Made by a program: the position numbers and the translations under genes. Below are positions 25,481 through 38,831 of a stretch of DNA of 64,000 bases, in pieces; positions within the stretch are counted from its first letter, which is position 1, and every line of letters starts with the position of its first letter. The notes beneath the pieces are model-generated. The model searched no databases, was not told where the DNA came from, and saw only the letters and a list, made by a program, of their open reading frames with translations. Origin of the DNA: Octopus sinensis (lineage: Eukaryota). Location: NCBI RefSeq assembly GCF_006345805.1, contig NC_043000.1, positions 126,914,001-126,978,000 on the forward strand, in the 5' to 3' direction.

Positions 25481-27333
25481 ATTGTACTTATTAAACATTG
25501 ATGTAAAAATATTTCACATCACATTTGATTCTGACTATCTAAGGTTTATTTAGATAAAAACTTTGATGGAAGTAACATCCAGCTAGACACTGAGTGTCTT
25601 TATTAGTCTTTGATTTATGTGTGGTAAGTGATTAAATTAGTTTAGCTTTCTCTATCAAACAACCCTTTGACATTAAATAGACCAAAGGCAGTAAAGTTTT
25701 GGTTGAGAATTTTGTGAGATAGATGCAACTGATCATGGCACAGTTATTTCACTTGTGGCTGTTTAGAGCTTTGATATTCCAAAGACAAGCCTCGCTTCAT
25801 ATGTGATATGATATTATGTGATGCTTATATTATTAAATACTATAATATCCAAGATAACACACCACTGATATTTGATATTTTCACACTACATTTCTAATTG
25901 TATTTTCTTTATTTCTTCTTTTAAAGAAGCCAAATAAATGCTAAGTTGTAGTTGAATAGAGTAGAAAATCTGCCCAAATCATTGGAGAAAATGTAAGATA
26001 TTTTTACATGTACCAATGCAGTAATAACAATAACTATTTCATGGATGGTACATCTATATAAATATATTCTAGATTTTATTATGGCATCAGTGTTTTGTTT
26101 ATTATCCACTTTTGTATAAGTGTATTTATCATTGGCAATAAATTATAATATACAAATAAATTACATATCGCTCATCTAACAGGACAAAGGCCATGCAAAG
26201 CTGACCTAAGACTAAGCAACAACCACATAATGTTATTTCTATCATTTCTATTTTCTAATCTATAATGGCTATGAATACAAGGCTTCTCTCTTACGCTAAC
26301 TAATAACAATTTCACACACGCACACACACACAGATACATATCATCGTATGTATATATGTACATACATAACTACATTTTCCTTATCATTATCATTATTATA
26401 CATTTGCTTTTCCATGCTGTTATGGGTTGGGTGACTTGTTATGGACTGAGTCAGTTCTTATTTGGAGTTGCTGCCTACTTAGAAAGGTTGGTAACCATAT
26501 CCCGGTCCTATGTTCTATTTTCATAAGCTTTCTATGGCTTGATATCTTTCCTATTACAAACCACTTTATAAATGTATTCTGGGTGCATTTATCACGACAC
26601 GAATACTAGACTTTAGTCTTGTCTTTGATGAGACTAAAGAGACCTCTCTATCTTATGATACCTCCAATCATTCATTTACTAGCATCCCTGACAGACAGAC
26701 TGGCAAAAGAAAACCAGAATGAGAGGGTGATAAGGCAGAGAGTAATAGAAGAGGTCCAAAATTATAGCACTGGGAGCTAATAGAGAAGAGAGTAAAGGAA
26801 AAGAGTGATAAACAGCTACATGAGGATTGGTGGCAAAGAGTTTGGATAGAAACAGCATGAGTGGCTAGGCAGCGAGCTGGCAGAAACGTTAGCATGTTGG
26901 GTGAAATGCTTAGCAGTATTTCGTCCGCCGCTATGTTCTGAGTTCAAATTCTGCCGAGGTCGACTTTGCCTTTCATCCTTTCAGGGTCGATAAATTAAGT
27001 ACCAGTTACGCACTGGGGGTCGATGTAATCGACTTAATCCCTTTGTCTGTCCTTGTTTAGCCCCTTGAGGAGAAAGAAAGAAAGAAAGAGGAGTAATGGT
27101 CTGCAATAGATAGAAGAATTGAATATAGAGAGATAAGATGTGAGACCATTCCCCAGTGGTCTTAGCAAAACACTCTGACTAGGGAGTGAAATGGATCATC
27201 AGTAAATTGTAAATCCGAAAGAGAAGCACACTCTAAGTTTATAGAGTGTAGAGTATTTTGAGAATGTTCATTATGGCCAGTCCATAAGGTTTCGTGTCCA
27301 TAAAGCTCTTAGAGGTTATAGGCCACCGGCCAT

Positions 27334-27397
27334 TAGGGTCTGATGAGACGTGTGTAAAGCTAAGCGATTTATGGACGTGAAACCCTGGATAACCCTA
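27334..27397 (+). ncRNA. Hammerhead motif, slightly degenerate, within fold-back 27198-27484
   Basis: TAGGGT CTGATGA ... GAAA CCCTGG ATA ACCCTA. Perfect 6-bp stem I; stems II and III carry mismatches. Confidence 0.6.
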
Positions 27398-27508
27398 TGA
27401 ACTGGGCATAGCTAACATTCTCTAAACACTCTACTGCTCAATAACTTAGAGTGCACAGCTCTTTCAGATTTATAATTTACTGATATATATATATATATAT
27501 ATAATAAA

Positions 27509-27548
<40 letters not shown>

Positions 27549-28001
27549 TATATATAATAAAATAAATATATATATCTATACTCTTTTACTTGTTTCAGTC
27601 ATTTGACTGTGGTCATGCTGGACCACTGCCTTTAGTCGAGCAAATCGACCCCAGGACTTATCCTTTGTAAGCCTAGTACTTATTCTATCAGTCTCTTTTG
27701 CCAAACCACTAAGTTACAGGGACGTAAACACACCACCATCAGTTGTCAAGCGATGTTGGGAGGACAAAACAGAGGCACAAACACATACACACACGCATAT
27801 ATATATATATATACATATATATACGACGGGGCTTCTTTCAGTTTCTGTCTACCAAATCCACTCACAAGGCTTTGGTTGGCCTGACGCTATAGTAGAAGAC
27901 ACTTGCCTAAGGTGCCACACAGTGAGACTGAACCTGGAACTATGTGGTTCGTAAGCAAGCTACTTACCACACAGCCACTCCTACGCCTATATACATATAC
28001 A

Positions 28002-28168
28002 GCTTATAAGCAAGGGCAAAAGAAAAATTATTTCTCTGCCAATATGCTGAGAACAGACTTTAAATCATCAATTTCCACATTACAATATACAAATGTGGAA
28101 ATTGAATGATTTAAAGTCTTTTCTCAGCATATTGGCATAGAAATAATTTTTTCCCCCTTGTTTGTAAG
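28002..28168. repeat. ~75-bp-arm hairpin with ~11-nt loop
   Basis: AAAAATTATTTCTCTGCCAATATGCTGAGAACAGACTTTAAATCATCAATTTCCACATT / AATGTGGAAATTGAATGATTTAAAGTCTTTTCTCAGCATATTGGCATAGAAATAATTTTT. Confidence 0.8.
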
Positions 28169-29207
28169 TCATTTATAATTTTAATCATTAAAGGTATTTT
28201 AATATGCTGCCACTTTTGATGAAATTTTTTCTGAAAAAATTTTATCCTATATTAGTAGTAGATTTATATATATATATGTGTGTGTGTATGTGTATGTATT
28301 TATACATACATATGTATATATACATACATACATCATCATCATTTGGTTGGCGTTAGGAAGGGCATCCAGCCGTAGAAACATTGCCAGATCAGACTGGGCC
28401 TGGTGCAGCCTTCTGGCTTCCCAGATCAAAGTTGAACCATCCAAACTATGCTAGCATGGAAAGCAGATGCTAAATGATGATGATGATTATATATATGTGT
28501 ATATATTTATATATACATACATATATATATATATATATATTGCTACAGTATCCTTCGTCTATGCCATGAAAAAAAGGCTTTTTCGTTCGTGCTCTTGTGT
28601 GTTTGATTTCCTGTATCGTATTCTTTTTATTTTCTCGTTTTGTATTTATTTGTATTTTTTGTACATGTATTTTTATTTTTGCAGTTTTATTGTTACGTCC
28701 TGTTCGTGTTCGTACTCATTTTGCCCCGCTGCTTGGAATTTTATTTTAATTCTCTCGCAGGAAGGCCTAGTGGATTAGTGTTCTGTCTCTGCCTTCGAAA
28801 CAGGCTTGACTCTACTAGCGACAGCTGATGACGGGGTTTTTTTCCTTGTGTAGCATGTCCTGTAACTGTTTTTTTCGTTTTCTTGTTTTTTGTTTTTTTG
28901 ATTTTCCCGTTTCTACGTCTTATTGTGGTGTCCTGTACTCACGTATAATTATTTATATATGCATGTATATATACATGTAGATGTAGGTACATACATATAT
29001 GTTTGTATGTATGCATATATTTTTATTTATCACATATATATATATATATATATATAAGGAGTGGCTGTGTAGTAAGTAGCTTGCTTACCAACCACATGGT
29101 TCTGGTTTCATTCCCACTGTGTGGCACCTATAGCTTTGGGCCGACCAAAGCCTTGTGAGCTGATTTGGTAGACGGGAACTGAAAGAAGCCCGTTGTATAT
29201 ATATATA

Positions 29208-29566
29208 CAATTGGGTAACCTTGTACCTCCTCTACAGCAAGATACCTGTTTCTGTCTCTTTGTCTCACTATACCCTTTCATCATCTGACACAAGATTACA
29301 GGGATGTAAACACACCACCATTGGTTGTCAAGCGATGTTGGGGAACATATATATATATATATATATGAAAGAAGGTTTGAAAATGCAATATATATATGTA
29401 TGTGTGTGCATATGTTTGTGTGCCTTTGTTCCCCAACATTGCTTGACAACCAATGGTGGTGTGTTTACATCCCTGTAATCTTGTGTCAGATGATGAAAGG
29501 GTATAGAGAGACAAAGAGACAGTAACAGGTATCTTGCTGTAGAGGAGGTACAAGGTTACCCAATTG
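29208..29566. repeat. Near-perfect ~140-bp inverted duplication
   Basis: 29208-29347 (CAATTGGGTAACCTTG...GATGTTGGGGAACA) is the reverse complement of 29427-29566 with only a few mismatches. Confidence 0.85.
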
Positions 29567-29576
29567 GAGAGAAAGA

Positions 29577-29607
<31 letters not shown>

Positions 29608-29889
29608 GCACAGGTTAAGAATGAGGACAGGAACAGGTATGGTTACCCAAACTAAGGGAAGAGCAGACGGAGAGAGAGTGGGAGACAGCAGGATAGAGAT
29701 GATGGCTGAGTGCTGGGCATACTCACAAAGAACAGGCATCATGATATAAATGGGATAGTCAGGTAAAAGAAAAGAAAGATAGATGGTCACAAGTGCCCAG
29801 GCATACTCTTGAAGTTTGGAGGTCATAATATAAATGGCAGGACATTGCCAAAGAAGAGTGAGAAGACCTGTTGAGGCAAGTGAAATCAA

Positions 29890-30360
29890 AATCAAATTTG
29901 ATGACTGGCATCCGTACTAGTGGAGCGCTAAGAGCACCATCTGAGCATGATCGTAGCCTGAGCAGCTGACTGGCTTCCGTGCTGGTGGCATGTAAAAAGC
30001 ACCATTCAAGCATTATTGCTACCAGCGTCACCTTACTGGCACTTGTGCTGGTGGCACATGAAAAAACATTCCAGTAAGGTCATTGCCAATGCTGCTGGAC
30101 TGGCTCCTGTGCAGGTGGCACATAAAAAAACCCCATTTGAGCGTGGGCGTTGCCAGTACCGCCTGACTGGCCCTCGTGCTGGTGGCACATAAAAGCACTC
30201 ATTAGGAGTGGTTGGCGTTATGAAGGGCATCCAGCTGTAGAAACTCTGCCAGATGAGATTGGAGTCCAGTGCAGCCATCTGGTTCGCCAATCCTCAGTCA
30301 AATCGTCCAACCCATGCCAATATGGAAAGCAGACGTTAAACGAAGGATGATGATGATGAT
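29890..30360 (+). mobile_element. Retroposon family C with internal tandem subunits and (GAT)n tail. Other copies: 1760-2110, 13290-13685, 35690-36010, 37170-37495, 50020-50350, 53030-53230(-), 57667-58260(-)
   Basis: Repeated GTGCTGGTGGCACGTAAAAAGCACC units, then GGAAGGGCATCCAGCTGTAGAAAC...CCAACCCATGCTAGCATGG...GTTAAA and (TGA)n. Confidence 0.75.
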
Positions 30361-31204
30361 ACATAGATACATACATATATATATATATATACACACATAC
30401 ATACATAAACATACATACATATATATATGTGTGTATATATATATATATATTATATATATATATATTATACATATATATATATATATGTTTGTATGAATTG
30501 TATATATATGTATATATGTGTGTGCACGTGTTATATAGTTTGTATTATCTTTGTTGAAATTGGTTCAATGAAAGTGGACAACTTAAATATTTAGTAATCG
30601 TTTCATGATATAAATGTAAAGCGTCATGTCTTTATATTTAAAATTTGGCACAGCGAACATTTTTACTAACATATTAGCCGAAACGATCATCAGATGAAGT
30701 TTTAAACAAAGGCATATACATATATACATACATTTTTTATATCACCATCATCATCATCATCATGATACAAAAAATATATATATTCATGTGTGAATATGTA
30801 TGCATATGGACATACACACAAATTATTCTTAAATTCATACCATTATTTGATTATCTACTAAACTAGCTGTTTCTCAACTACAAATGGATGACATATAAGA
30901 ACATATCTACATATGTGATAATTCAACAATCTTCACAGAAAAGTTTTGAATACACATTAAGCTATATATATGTATATATGTTCAACTGCTTGATACTCAT
31001 TACTATGGTGACCTACTGAAATATAATTTTATTTCAGTGATGCATAAAAATGAGAAGAATATAGTGCAAGTATTATATAGGATGTGTGCTTGCGTATATA
31101 TATATGTGTATACATATATACATTCGTGTATACATGTGTACATATACTCTTTGTCAACATCAACATAAATAGTATCATATTTTGTCATATTTTCTTTGAT
31201 ATAC

Positions 31205-31970
<766 letters not shown>

Positions 31971-32903
31971 ATGAAGGGGAAGGAGAATATGTAAATTATT
32001 CTTTATTATATAAATATATGATAGAAAGTATTTTAATTCATTTAAATACATATGCCTTTGGAAAAATCTTATCTGTTTTCAAAACAAGATTAACAAAAGA
32101 TCACACTCACACACACATGCAGAAATACACACACACATATGCAGATATAAATGCACACATATTAGTTAATCAGGTTTGCGTCTGAGAAACTTAGTATGTA
32201 ATTTTATAAGTACTTATTATAAAACTTCTCGTGTCATGAACAGATTGCAAAATTAAATTACAAAGGAAAAAAATATCCATAATATAATATGAAAAAAAAA
32301 AAGCAATAAAATATTTCAAATAAGCAGCTGCAATGATACTGATACCAACAACAACAAATTTAACAAAAATTAGATTAAATTAACAATTAAAACCAAGACA
32401 ATAGAAAGAAATATCTTGCTAGTTGTTAGATTGTTATTTGAATTGGTAAGCATTACAAGCAAATAACTGTAGAGAAAGAGAGAAATTCTTTGTCACTAAG
32501 TCAAGCTTTAACCAACAGTCAATCAATCAAAATTTATTTTGATTATAGAAGTATGATAAAGATATTTGATTGATGGACTTTTCTTAATGAGAAACATCTA
32601 TCAATGAGTGATTAGCCCTGTTAATTAAATGCTAAAACATCTGAGAGGAGTCGTTCATATGAAGATATTTTTTCAGATTATTAACCACTTCTTCACAAAG
32701 TTAAATATAGTTGCAGGTATGGCTATGTGGTAAGAAGCTTACTTCCCAACTACATGCTTCCTGGTTCAGTCCCACTGCATGGCACCTTAGGCAAGTGTCT
32801 TCTACCATAGTATTGCGCCAACCATAACCTTGTGAGCAGGTTTGGTAGGTGAAAGTAAACTAAAAGGAGCCTGTTGTATATATCTATATCTATCTATATA
32901 TAT

Positions 32904-33286
32904 ATCGTGAAATATATTTGCCACTTAAATGTGGCTAACCCCTAAGGGTGGATGCTACTGTAGCTTGTAGCCCCAGGAGGACACCTCCTCCAGTTGGCTA
33001 TTGACACACTTTCTGTGCCCTATCAGTATATTTGCAATGGGAACCTACTTTTCATCCACAACCGGTGATTGTCAGATGCTGATGATGGGTCAATACCCAG
33101 AAACTCGAGTCCGTGTGTATCACAAAGGTTGAAGATGGGAAGGATGGCTTCCCTTTGTAAATACTGATAGGGCATAGAAAGTGTGTCAATAGCTAGCTGG
33201 AAGAGGTGTCCTCCTGGGGCTACAAACTACAATAGTATCCACCCTTAAGGGTTAGCCACATTTAAGTGGCAAATATACTCCACAAT
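32904..33286. mobile_element. Fold-back non-autonomous element with ~130-150-bp inverted arms and a central hammerhead (likely Penelope-derived)
   Basis: Left arm ATATTTGCCACTTAAATGTGGCTAACCC...GCCCTATCAGTAT is mirrored by ATACTGATAGGGC...GGGTTAGCCACATTTAAGTGGCAAATAT. Inserted in the TA-rich middle of a SINE. Confidence 0.7.
33073..33117 (+). ncRNA. Minimal type-I hammerhead ribozyme, apparently intact
   Basis: cagatg CTGATGA TGGGT-caat-ACCCA GAAA CTCGAG TC cgtgtg. All core nucleotides present, 5-bp stem II, palindromic stem III (ACTCGAGT), GUC cleavage triplet after 33111. Confidence 0.8.
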
Positions 33287-33719
33287 GTTGTGTAGCTACT
33301 GTTTATACCTCGCTCAGAGATTTATTATTGTTATATACATATACATACATATATATATATATATATGTATATGTATATGTGTGTGTGTCTGTGTGTGTGT
33401 CTGTGTCCAACCAATGCTTGACAACTGGCATTGGTGTGTTTATATCCCTGTAACTTAAATGTTTGGCAAAAGAGACTGATAGAATAAGCACTGGGCTTAA
33501 AAAATAATCCCTAGGGTTGAGTCCTTTGACTAAAAGTTTTTCAAGGTGGTGCCCTAGCATGGCCAGAGACTGAAACAAGTAAAAGAAAGAATATAAAAGA
33601 TAGCCTTTAAGCTAACTTCTTTCATGCAGTCATAAATCTGAACAACTAGCATTGATACTACTAACATTAGTTTTATATGCTGAAATACCTTCTGTTGTCG
33701 GATCCCTCATGAAAATAGG

Positions 33720-35500
33720 ACAACACATTTGTTAGTGATTCAAACAATAACATTTGGTGTGATTAATGATTATAGAAATTAATGAGTCTGAGAAAAGATT
33801 CTAATTGCTTCTTGACCTATGGTCATTTATTCTTCACAGTTTTCACTACTAAATGATGATCTAGTGATATACCCTCCTTTTTCAGTCTATACTGCCAAAA
33901 GATAATCCATCAACCTCTAACATAGATTTAGCTTGATTGGTCATTCATATCTGACAATTCCAACCGATTTATCATCTTATCTACCTTGATATATAGATTT
34001 TCAACAGTTTTAGCACCGATACATCTTGATAAATAGTAATATTATTTATGCCATTTCCAGTAACATGTTCACTTATTCTTTGAAATAGTGCAGCCTGTTT
34101 CAATTCTACATTGAAACATGTGTATCTTAGAAGATACATTGGTGTATATACTGTAGTAACAACATCTCTTACTTCAGAAGCATTTCTATCTGATACTAAA
34201 TCCCCTTTAAATACAATTTACTTGAAACAGAATGAAATATTGATTCGGCAGCTAGAATCTGATAAGAATCAGAACAAATTCTTTCATTTATAGCCATTTT
34301 ATAATTTCCACATATTCTGAGATCTCTGTCTGTCTTTCACACAACCACTAAATGAAAAGTCCATTTACTCCCTCTGGGAGGAACTCTATTAATTAGTTTC
34401 CTTAGCTTTGCTAATGGTTTAATGTGCATTGCATTGGTTGGGTCTCAAAATAACATGGCCTGATATTTCCTTGGCAAAGAATGTTAGTCTTAAAACCTCT
34501 TAATCTCTCAAATTGCCCTGGAGCTTCAATCTCATGTATTAATGTTTCACTGTCAATATTCATCACAGCCATACCAAGAAAGCCATGATTTCTTTTTATT
34601 TTTGAGCAACAATAACATTCACAACCTATATTCTCTTAACAGTTTCCATTAATGCTTCAAATTTTTCCTAAAATCTCAATGAGTAACCCACCAAATTATT
34701 TTAGTTTAGAGATCACATTTTCTTAATTTTGGTTCATTCAAGTCCATTCAAAACTCCTCAGGTATTTATAATTGCATAACTGCCAGTGTCAATTTGCATT
34801 TTAAAGTTATTATTATCAAGTTTTACATTAGCCATTAATCATTCACATTAATAATTTTTTAAACCAATTTCATTAATAATTTCAGAATCTTCGTCTTTAA
34901 TATCCCCAGTGTTTGTATTTTCCAGATTTAAATGCAGCCTTAAATGGATTCTTTTTTGAACACATAATACAAGTTCTACCAAATGCAGGACATTTTAATT
35001 GTACTTGCTTATATCCACAATGCGCCATCTATAATCAGATTTCTACATGTTTCTATCAACAAATGGCACAATGATATTATTAAGGCTTTTTTCCTATATT
35101 TTCTTCTTTTTTGCCCAACACCCCAATCATCCGGAACATAGAAAGCATTTCTTATTGTTGAAGGAATTCAGTATTGCATTGAGTTTCTGATCACCTGATT
35201 GAAGATATTCTAAAGCCTTGATGTGGCTCTTGGATGATTGCATGCTCTCTATAAATCTTATTTCAATCAAATCCTCTTCCATACTTTGTCCTTTAGTTCC
35301 AATTTTATCAAGTTAACAAAATCACTTTGATACACATCGTCTTTAAGAATAATCTTGAATTGATTCTGTAACATATTGATGTTGCAATAAGAATCTCACT
35401 CTTCCAGCAATTATCCATTTTTTAAAGGAATGAACTGATAACATTATTAAAGGTCTTATTCTATTAAAATTCATTGTTTCAAATTCAAGAAATTTTGCTT
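33720..35500 (-). mobile_element. Highly degenerate Gypsy-like LTR retrotransposon gag-pro-RT remnant
   Basis: Manual translation gives CPAFGRTCIMCSKKN (gag knuckle region, ~34960-34990), KMQIDTGS (protease, ~34780-34800), ALFQRISEHV...IYQD (RT, ~34020-34095) and KQLESFLRLINFY (~33775-33810). Many stops. Confidence 0.72.
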
Positions 35501-36754
35501 TTATCTTCTATCTTTTACCTGTTTCAGTTATTGAACTGTAGCCATAATGGAGAACAATTATGAAGGGTTTTAGTCAAACAAATCAAATCCAGTACATTTT
35601 TCTAAAGTCTGGTACTTACTGCATCAGTCTCTTTCGTTGATCAGGAATGTAAACAAACCAGCACTGGTTGTCGGGTAGTATGTGCCTCTCTCCTTCTATT
35701 ACATTCTAACCTCTTAACTGGCACAAAGACACCTCCCTCAGTACCACTCCCTCTCCTAGCCAAGAGGTCTTTGTCTTCCATATTACTTGGTAACCCCACT
35801 GGTGCTTGTGCCATGCAAAAAAGCACCAGCACTGGTGCCACATAAAAACCATCTAGTACACTCTAAAAGTAGTTGGCATTAGAAGGGAAATCCTGCCATA
35901 GAAACCATGCCAAAGCAGGAAATGGGATCAGGCGCAGCTCTCTGACTTATCAGCCCCTGCCAAATAGTCCAACCCATGCCAGCATGGAAAACAGACGTTA
36001 AATGATGATGATAATATACAACGGCTCACAAATTCACTTAGAAGGCATTGGTCAGCCTAGGGCTATAGTAGAAGACACTTGTCCAACGTGCTGCGGTGGG
36101 ACTGAACCCCAAACCACATGGTTACAAAGTGAACTTTTTAACTACACAGCCATGCCTGCACCTTTCTCAACATTTTATGTGGACATCGTACCTGTTTTAG
36201 TTAAAAAACAAATGTGCTATTTTTTGTGTTTTTTTTCTTATCATTCATGTCCAGAAGATCTTTCATTCTTGCTGTAGTAGCAAATCTTTAAATCCACCCC
36301 TATGTTATATTTGGGTTATTGAGTGGAAGTTCATTCTTATTAACTGGTGACGCCATTATCATGTCATACAGCATTTATCCAGAAACAGTTGCATGCGATC
36401 CTTTACATTCTGAAGTTTTATTTAACTGAATGACCAGTTATTGCATCAAACTAGCAACCTCCTAAAACAGACCCAATCACATGCAAGCATGCAAATGCAT
36501 GCAATAATAATTGTACAAGGGCATTAGACAGGCAAAATCATTAAAGTGTCAGACAGAATGCCTCGCAGTATTTGTTCCGACTGTGTACATTCTGGGTTCA
36601 ATTCCTGCTGAATTCAGTATTGCTTTTCAGCCTTCCGGTTGTGTGTGATTGTGTGTGAAGGGGTCAACAACATAAAATACTAATCAAGTACTGGGATCAA
36701 TGGGGCCAACTAAACCCCTCTTGTCAAAAGTGCTGGTCTTTTGGTTAAATCAGA

Positions 36755-36816
36755 AATAATAATAATAATAATTATTATTATTATTATTATTATCATTATT
36801 ATTATTATTATTATTA

Positions 36817-36893
<77 letters not shown>
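36755..36893. repeat. (AAT)n/(ATT)n trinucleotide microsatellite
   Basis: Direct reading; short (AAT)n switching to long (ATT)n. Confidence 0.95.
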
Positions 36894-36896
<3 letters not shown>

Positions 36897-38797
36897 AGAG
36901 ATGTTTTCATTCTTTCAGGGTTGATAAAATAAGTACCATTCAAGCACTGGAATCAATATAATCAACTAGCCAACCTCCCCACAAATTTCAGACCTTGTGC
37001 ATAAAGTAGAAAGGATTATAAACACAAGCAAGTCCATACTGGTCATTGTTTGATGTTTTCACAAGGGTTCAGTTAATTATGTCATTATAATGTAATATAC
37101 TTAAGGTAGTCAAGTAGCTGCTCTATAGTAAGACAGCTATCTCTGTTTCTCTATTATACTCTAACCTCTCACCTAGCTCACAACCACTTTCCTCTCATCC
37201 AGTCCCTCTCTCAGGGGAGAGGTCTTGTCTTGTAAGCTACATGGCAATCCCACTGATGCCATGTGAAAAGCACTCATGCTGGTGTCACACAAAATGCACC
37301 TGTGGTAGTGTCACATAAAAAGCACCCTGTACACCCTGTAAAGTGGTTGGCATTAGAAAGGCCATTCAGCCATAGAAACCAAGCCAAAGCAGACAGATGG
37401 AGCTTGATGTAGCTCTAAGGCTCAGCAGCTCCTGTAGAACTGTTCAACCCATGCCAGCATGGAAAACAGATGTTAAATGACGATGATGATGATGCACACA
37501 CACACACACACACACACATTGCAGTATCTAAGATAAGCTTTCCAATAGCAACCTAAGTCTAGTAGAAGGAATACAAAATACAAGGGGGGCATCAGTAATG
37601 ACTTCAATGGAGAAAAGTGAATTCACAGAAGAATGCAAATGGCTGAGTTGATAGCATTTCCATCTTGCCACTGTGTCCAGAGTCAAGTCCAGCAGATAAG
37701 TAACGAGGATTGTATAATTGATACTGTTATATAATTTGTACAGTAGAAGTAATGTTTTTGGTTCCAATATGCCTGAAACTGACCCTGGATCTATGATACA
37801 AACTTTCTGCTTTAAAATAATATAAGTTAAAACCTAGCAAAATTTCACAGCAATTTATGATCCAAATACCAACTTAATATGGACAAAATTATTATATCAA
37901 ACTTTTCGTTATTTTTCAAAATTAATCGAATGAAAGACATTGTATATCAACTAATATAAACATAAAGTAATAAAATGTTAAAATGTGTATTTTGCATTAT
38001 CATTCAATGTGTTGATTTTAATTGCATTTGAAGGGAAGCAACTTTTAATAGATGAGCCTCTTATATAGCTTGAAGTTTATCTCTGCTCTGTTCAATGCTA
38101 TAGAAGCCAAAATTGAGCATTAAACCTGAGCTGTGGTTAGGAAAGTCTTACCAATTTTAGTTCATGAGTTCATAGGATCATAAGTTTCACCAACTGATTC
38201 TGTGGCACATTGTGTATTAAGAATAAAATTCCTCAAACTTTGCTCATATAATATTCAGTGAAAATTATATAATATGTATCATTAGAATGTTAGAAATGGT
38301 AGAAGGCCAGGCCAAATGCCTAATATATAGACACATTTCTTTATGTTCTGAGCTTAAACCCTGCCAGTATTGACTTTGCCATTCATTCTCCTGGGGTCAA
38401 TAAAATAAAAGCCAGTCTTGTAAAGAGTTGAAATGATTAACAAAAATCCTTTTCCCTACTGTTTAAAAAGTATTTGTGATAAAGTTAGAAATTTAGAAAT
38501 CACTGCTAATAATTATTTAGTCATGGTTAACTCCCAAGGTTTTATCCCTACAGTGCAAACCAAATAACAATTCAACAGGTAAAACTAGTAGAGTTGTCCT
38601 TCACCCATTTCTACAAAGAGAGAGTTGTGTGCTTTAACCATGGGGTTTATATGGCATAGCAATGCTAAGGCTAAATATATGTATTTATCAGTTGTACTCT
38701 TTTAAATTTATTTCTAACTCATATACATGAATAACTAATTACCTTTACAAATAGGAGGATGACAACGTAATACATAAAGCAGATTTTATGAAGTTAC

Positions 38798-38831
<34 letters not shown>

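Noticed and set aside
28830-28870. ACAG CTGATGA CGGGG... hammerhead start
   Set aside because: No GAAA follows stem II; at most a relic.
29296-29895. 199-aa hydrophobic ORF
   Set aside because: Made of AG-rich low-complexity sequence and SINE pieces.
29960-30200. Regularly spaced GTGCTGGTGGCACRTAAAAAGCAC units resembling a CRISPR array
   Set aside because: Spacers are related to one another, the block recurs within a dispersed retroposon family, the context is eukaryotic and there are no cas genes.
36710-36943. Poly-Ile ORFs on both strands
   Set aside because: (ATT)n repeat, not coding.
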